A stretch of DNA of 63,879 nucleotides, the filler included, from Globobulimina sp. (Eukaryota), in the NCBI GenBank assembly GCA_003354225.1. It is 15 parts of 15 records of this genome, joined end to end, with 100 filler letters (N's around TTAATTAATTAA, not from the genome) between each part and the next. Parts side by side here need not be neighbours in the genome. Positions count along the whole stretch, not along the records: positions 59,719 to 63,879 come from PIVH01001540.1; 14 more parts are not named here. One strand, given 5' to 3'. The position numbers were made by a program, and so were the translations under genes. Below are positions 60,095 through 63,879 of the stretch, piece after piece. Positions within the stretch are counted from its first letter, which is position 1. Each line of letters starts with the position of its first letter. The notes below the pieces were generated by a model. The model ran no database searches and was not told the DNA's origin. It saw only the letters and a list, made by a program, of their open reading frames with translations.

Positions 60095-61705
60095 TTAAAA
60101 AGCCATCATCCAGACACTAACACTCGCCATCACAACCCATAAAAATGACAACTTGCCACCAAAGCCATGTGCATCATCGCCAGTAGGCGAAGGTGTTCCA
60201 AATATAACCGTCCCATTTGTCTGCTCAGTCAATGCGCACAAATTAATGTCAACGCCGTTGTCCGCACACACAAACACAATCGCTTTATCTCCCAATACAA
60301 AGAGTGGCGGAGATTTAGGATCTTCAATGGATGCCGATGTGCTCGAAACAGATCCAATCCGCCCAACAATATCACCAACAGCACAGCCAAAATATTCCGT
60401 AGCCGCATCACAAGAATATGCCGCATTTGTTGTATTACACCGAACTCCATTCCAACAATATTTGCTCGCTGACTCATCAATGCAAGTATGCGTCGGATCG
60501 AATATGCCGCCCAATGCGGCTAAATCACAATTTTCCGCAGCGGTTTCACCCCCTCTTCCACCGTAAGCATCATACGGCCAATCATTATATAAATACAAAT
60601 CCCACGACGAACATATCCCATCCATCGAGGCTGGAAATGTCAACTCAATCTGGGGTCGGCCGCCGCTACTTTTCCATTTGATAGCCATCCCCTAATAGAA
60701 ATATATGCCATTTATAATTATTCTACATTTTACACATAAAAACTAGAGAAATGGCCGTACCGTATACGCCTCGCCAGCGTCGTCAAAGACAGTCTCAATC
60801 GTTTGATCATCCGTTAAATCAATCGATTCCTCGGAGGACTGTTCCCGTGTCACAGGTGCACAAAAAGCACGCGATCCATCATTGCAATGAATAACCACAC
60901 TTTTATGAGAGTCGCCGCCATAATTCTCAACTCCAAATAATATATACATGGAGGGCTCCCAATAACTGCCGTCAGTGTCGTTGCCAACCCGTACCACTTT
61001 GCCAGTGGTTTCATCCGGCTCCAACACGCCATATTTGCCGCTCCAGTCCCCCACCTCGCACGTATAGGCCACCTCGGAGTAATTAGCTGGACTGCACTCG
61101 TAATGGTTATCTAAATTTTCATTGATTTGGTTATAAATGGTCGAGGAAGGGATACAGCCGCCGTTGTTTACGCAGTCCGCGGAATCTGAGGCACCGCCAC
61201 AAGCAAACCATGGATCGTAATGGTTGCCGGTGTAATCTTTGTGACACTCAGCCAAGGTTTTATCGCTTGTGTCGGCTCCGTATGACTTTTTTTTATACGG
61301 TTATACGGTTATATTTTTTTATATGTTTAGGTAGTGTTAGGACTTAGGACCGGTGTAAAATAAAACACTTTTTGTAAAAAAAATCCGTGTACGCAAAAGT
61401 TAGAAATGTGCACAAACCCATTTGCTATGAACGTGATAACCTAAACCTCCAAGCGAACAATTTTCAGGAAATGCGGTCCAATCTACTTGCGAGAAATCCA
61501 AGTCCATCCAAATAAAGCCATTTAACGCTGAAATATGGCCAGTCCATTTTCCTGTTCCTGTTGGTTATATTTTGCGTGATGGTTATGGTTGAATGCAATA
61601 AAAAAAACCTGCTGTGAATACAGCTGTTGCGATGTTGGACGCTTTCGTAATTGCAATGAAAGTTATTGCTAATGAGATAATAAGAGATGGCGACATCATT
61701 CTCAT
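60095..61705 (-). CDS. Secreted, GPI-anchored two-domain copper-only superoxide dismutase-like protein
   Basis: Four exons in frame (61705-61609, 61557-61418, 61285-60761, 60691-60095). Signal peptide; domain 1 'YHVH...GNHYDP...CEVGDWSGKYG...SVVIHC...FCA'; degenerate domain 2; hydrophobic C-terminal GPI signal. Confidence 0.82.
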
Positions 61706-61751
61706 TTATGTTTTTTTTTAGGCTAAAAAAAAACTCACTCCGGTTGTTCAG

Positions 61752-63879
61752 ATGTCGTCGATATCTTTTTTCAGCACAGATGCTGCCAGCTGGTGGATGA
61801 AAGATGAAGAGAACGTGGATGAGGACGATCCAGCATTCAAAGGGCAAGAAAATGAAAGAGATTGCACCATTTTTGTTATTGATTGCAATGAAAATATGTT
61901 TAATGGAATGGACACCGATAACACCGACAACAAAATGGACATTGATGATAAAGGCTCAACATTCAGCAATGTCTGCAAAGCCATTGAGAACACATTAAAA
62001 CGTAAAATAATCAAATCCAAAGATGATTTAGTTTGTTTTATATTATTTAATGTGTTAGAAACCCAAAATGGAGTGAATTTATCCAATATTTACATCTTAT
62101 CCTCACCGGATTCACCCTCTGCGAAAATAATCAAACAAATACGCGATTTGCCATTGACATATTCATCGAAATTTAATTCATTAAAAAACAACAAACAGTG
62201 CGATTTTCGTGATTTATTATGGGTCATTCAAGTGACATTCACTGAGATCGATAACAAAGGCACAAAATTTGGCAGTAAGCGAGCATTTATATTCACAAAC
62301 AACGACCACCCGAAATATAGCGATGTCACTGCGACCATTGCAAAAGCACAGGATATGTTAGATAATGGACTCGAAATTAATGTGTTCCCATTATCCGACA
62401 ATTTCAAAATCAAACAATTTTATGGTGTTAAGTTTCAAACTGAACAGTTATTTTTGATCGCAATTTCAAACTGAAATTAAATTTTCGATTTCAGTTTGAA
62501 ACTGGATCATTTTTTTCCAGTTTGAAACTTTTGATAATATTTCCAGAATATTTGCACATTTAATTTGGACGAACTGTCGACAGAGACTCAATTACGTGAA
62601 TATTGCCCCACTTTATCGGATTTGGAGAATGATTTACGAGTAAAAGAGATGAAAAAACGCTGTCTCTCTTCCTGTCCGTTCACCATTGGACCGCATTTTA
62701 AAATGGCTGTCAATTTGTACAGTTTATGCCGTCGGGCAACCAAAGAATCGCCGTCGTGGTTAGATGCGAGAAGCAACCAACCATTGACTACCAACACCCG
62801 ATGGATCTGCGCCGACACCGCACAAATATTGGACCTCGACACTCAGATAAAAACATACCACGAATACGGCCCCACCAAAGAGAAGATCTATTTTAATAAA
62901 AGCGAGATGAAAGAGATCAAAACGTTCGGTGATCCGTCGTTGACATTGATGGGGTTTAAGCCATTGGATCGATTAAAGAAATATTACCAACACAAACCGT
63001 CGCAATTTGTATATCCCAACGAACAGAGATGCATAGGTTCCACCATTGCATTCAACGCGTTGTTACAAGCTATGGTTCAAACGCAGCAATTTGCGGTTTG
63101 TCGGTATATTTTCCGCAAAGTGTCGGCGCCGCAATTTGTGGCATTGGTGGCCCAAAAAGAAGTTATTGATACAAACACAAATAAACAAACCGGTATTTTT
63201 TTTTTCAGTTTCAAACTGATTGACATATTTTTTCTAGTTTGAAATTGATTTGTTTGAAATGCAAAATCAGTTTGAAACTGAAAAGCAACCTTTTGTACAT
63301 AGCTCCGCCTGGAATGCATCTGATATTCCTGCCATTTGCCGATGACATTCGTAAGATAGATATTGACGGAGCTGATACGTTCAGTCGTTGTGACGAGAAA
63401 GAAGATGATATTTTAATTGAAAAATCGAAAAGAATCATTGATAAATTACTGTTACAAGAGATTTATGTTCCGACCAATCCTGTTTTGCAAAAACATTACG
63501 ATGCATTGGAAGCGTTAGCATTGGAACAATTAAATAATAATAATGATGATGGTGAGGATAAGAATGGCGATGATGATGGATTTGTAGATGATATCCAGCC
63601 GGCGGATGAATCGATGATTGAAGCAGCAAATGACGAAATTGATGATTTTTTAAAAGTGCTGGAGGATAAATGTGGTGCGGTTCCAGTGAGTGAGAATAAA
63701 AAAAAGAGGAAAGCAGTGGGTGAAGTGAGTGAGAATAAAAGAAAGAAAAAAAGGAAAGTTGATTTGCCGGCGGATGTATCGGATTATGATTGGAATAATT
63801 TGGCTAGAAATGATGAATTAAAATCTTTGAAAGTAAAGGCTTTAAAAGTGTATTTAAGCAATAATGGATTGAAAATGAG
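61752..63879 (+). CDS. KU70: Ku70 (NHEJ DNA-end-binding subunit), 3'-truncated in the SAP domain
   Basis: vWA 'IFVIDC...FIFTNND.P'; Ku core 'LMGFKP...FVYPNE...GS..AF.ALL', 'PPGMHLIFLPFADDIR', 'NPVLQKHY..LEALAL'; SAP 'LKSLKVKALKVYL'. Introns 62427-62546 and 63193-63302. Confidence 0.95.
62430..62530. repeat. Four intronic copies of the palindrome CAGTTT(G/C)AAACTG
   Basis: Copies at 62430, 62461, 62492 (perfect) and 62518, each with at most one mismatch, within Ku70 intron 1. Confidence 0.88.
63206..63280. repeat. Three intronic copies of the palindrome CAGTTT(G/C)AAACTG
   Basis: Perfect copies at 63206 and 63268, and a 2-mismatch copy at 63235, within Ku70 intron 2. Confidence 0.88.

Noticed and set aside
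61286-61417. TTAGG-like and TATACGGT repeats in a SOD intron
   Set aside because: Few, irregular copies; not a telomeric array.
62430-62530. CRISPR-like look of GTTT(G/C)AAAC repeats with unique spacers
   Set aside because: The repeats are only 13 bp with 13-20 nt spacers, lie inside spliceosomal introns of a eukaryotic gene, and no cas genes are present. Kept as a repeat finding instead.

Overview
This is not one locus. It is 15 unrelated, size-sorted contigs of about 4.16-4.17 kb, joined by 14 artificial 100-nt spacers (N44-TTAATTAATTAA-N44). Contigs: 1-4171, 4272-8442, 8543-12712, 12813-16982, 17083-21251, 21352-25518, 25619-29783, 29884-34046, 34147-38309, 38410-42572, 42673-46835, 46936-51096, 51197-55357, 55458-59618, 59719-63879. 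The DNA is AT-rich, gene-dense eukaryotic nuclear sequence using the standard code, with short GT-AG introns. The gene repertoire (PT-repeat surface proteins, Kelch, plant-like PPR, 7TM, ciliary genes) suggests a protist, most plausibly a foraminiferan/rhizarian; this is inference. Recognisable genes: ArfGAP-PH, glutamate carboxypeptidase II, CPA2 antiporter, TLDc, PPR, WDR91, PS synthase, RPC2, neuroguidin, TMEM107, TPGS2, a VPS9 GEF, Ku70 and a Nup153/Nup1-like tail. Also present: four tRNAs (Ala-CGC, Sec-UCA, Gly-GCC, Ser-CGA), an APE-RT LINE interrupted just after YADD, and two MITE-like elements. The most notable observations are: a 13-bp palindrome CAGTTT(G/C)AAACTG found only in introns of unlinked genes with ~30-31 bp phasing; an ALKBH5-like demethylase fused to PHD and chromo-like readers; a two-domain GPI-anchored copper-only SOD; a large Zn-finger protein with a clan-CD protease-like dyad; a tRNA-Sec with an expanded D-region; and extremely short (46-100 bp) head-to-head gene spacing. 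All family calls come from motif recognition by eye, not from database searches.
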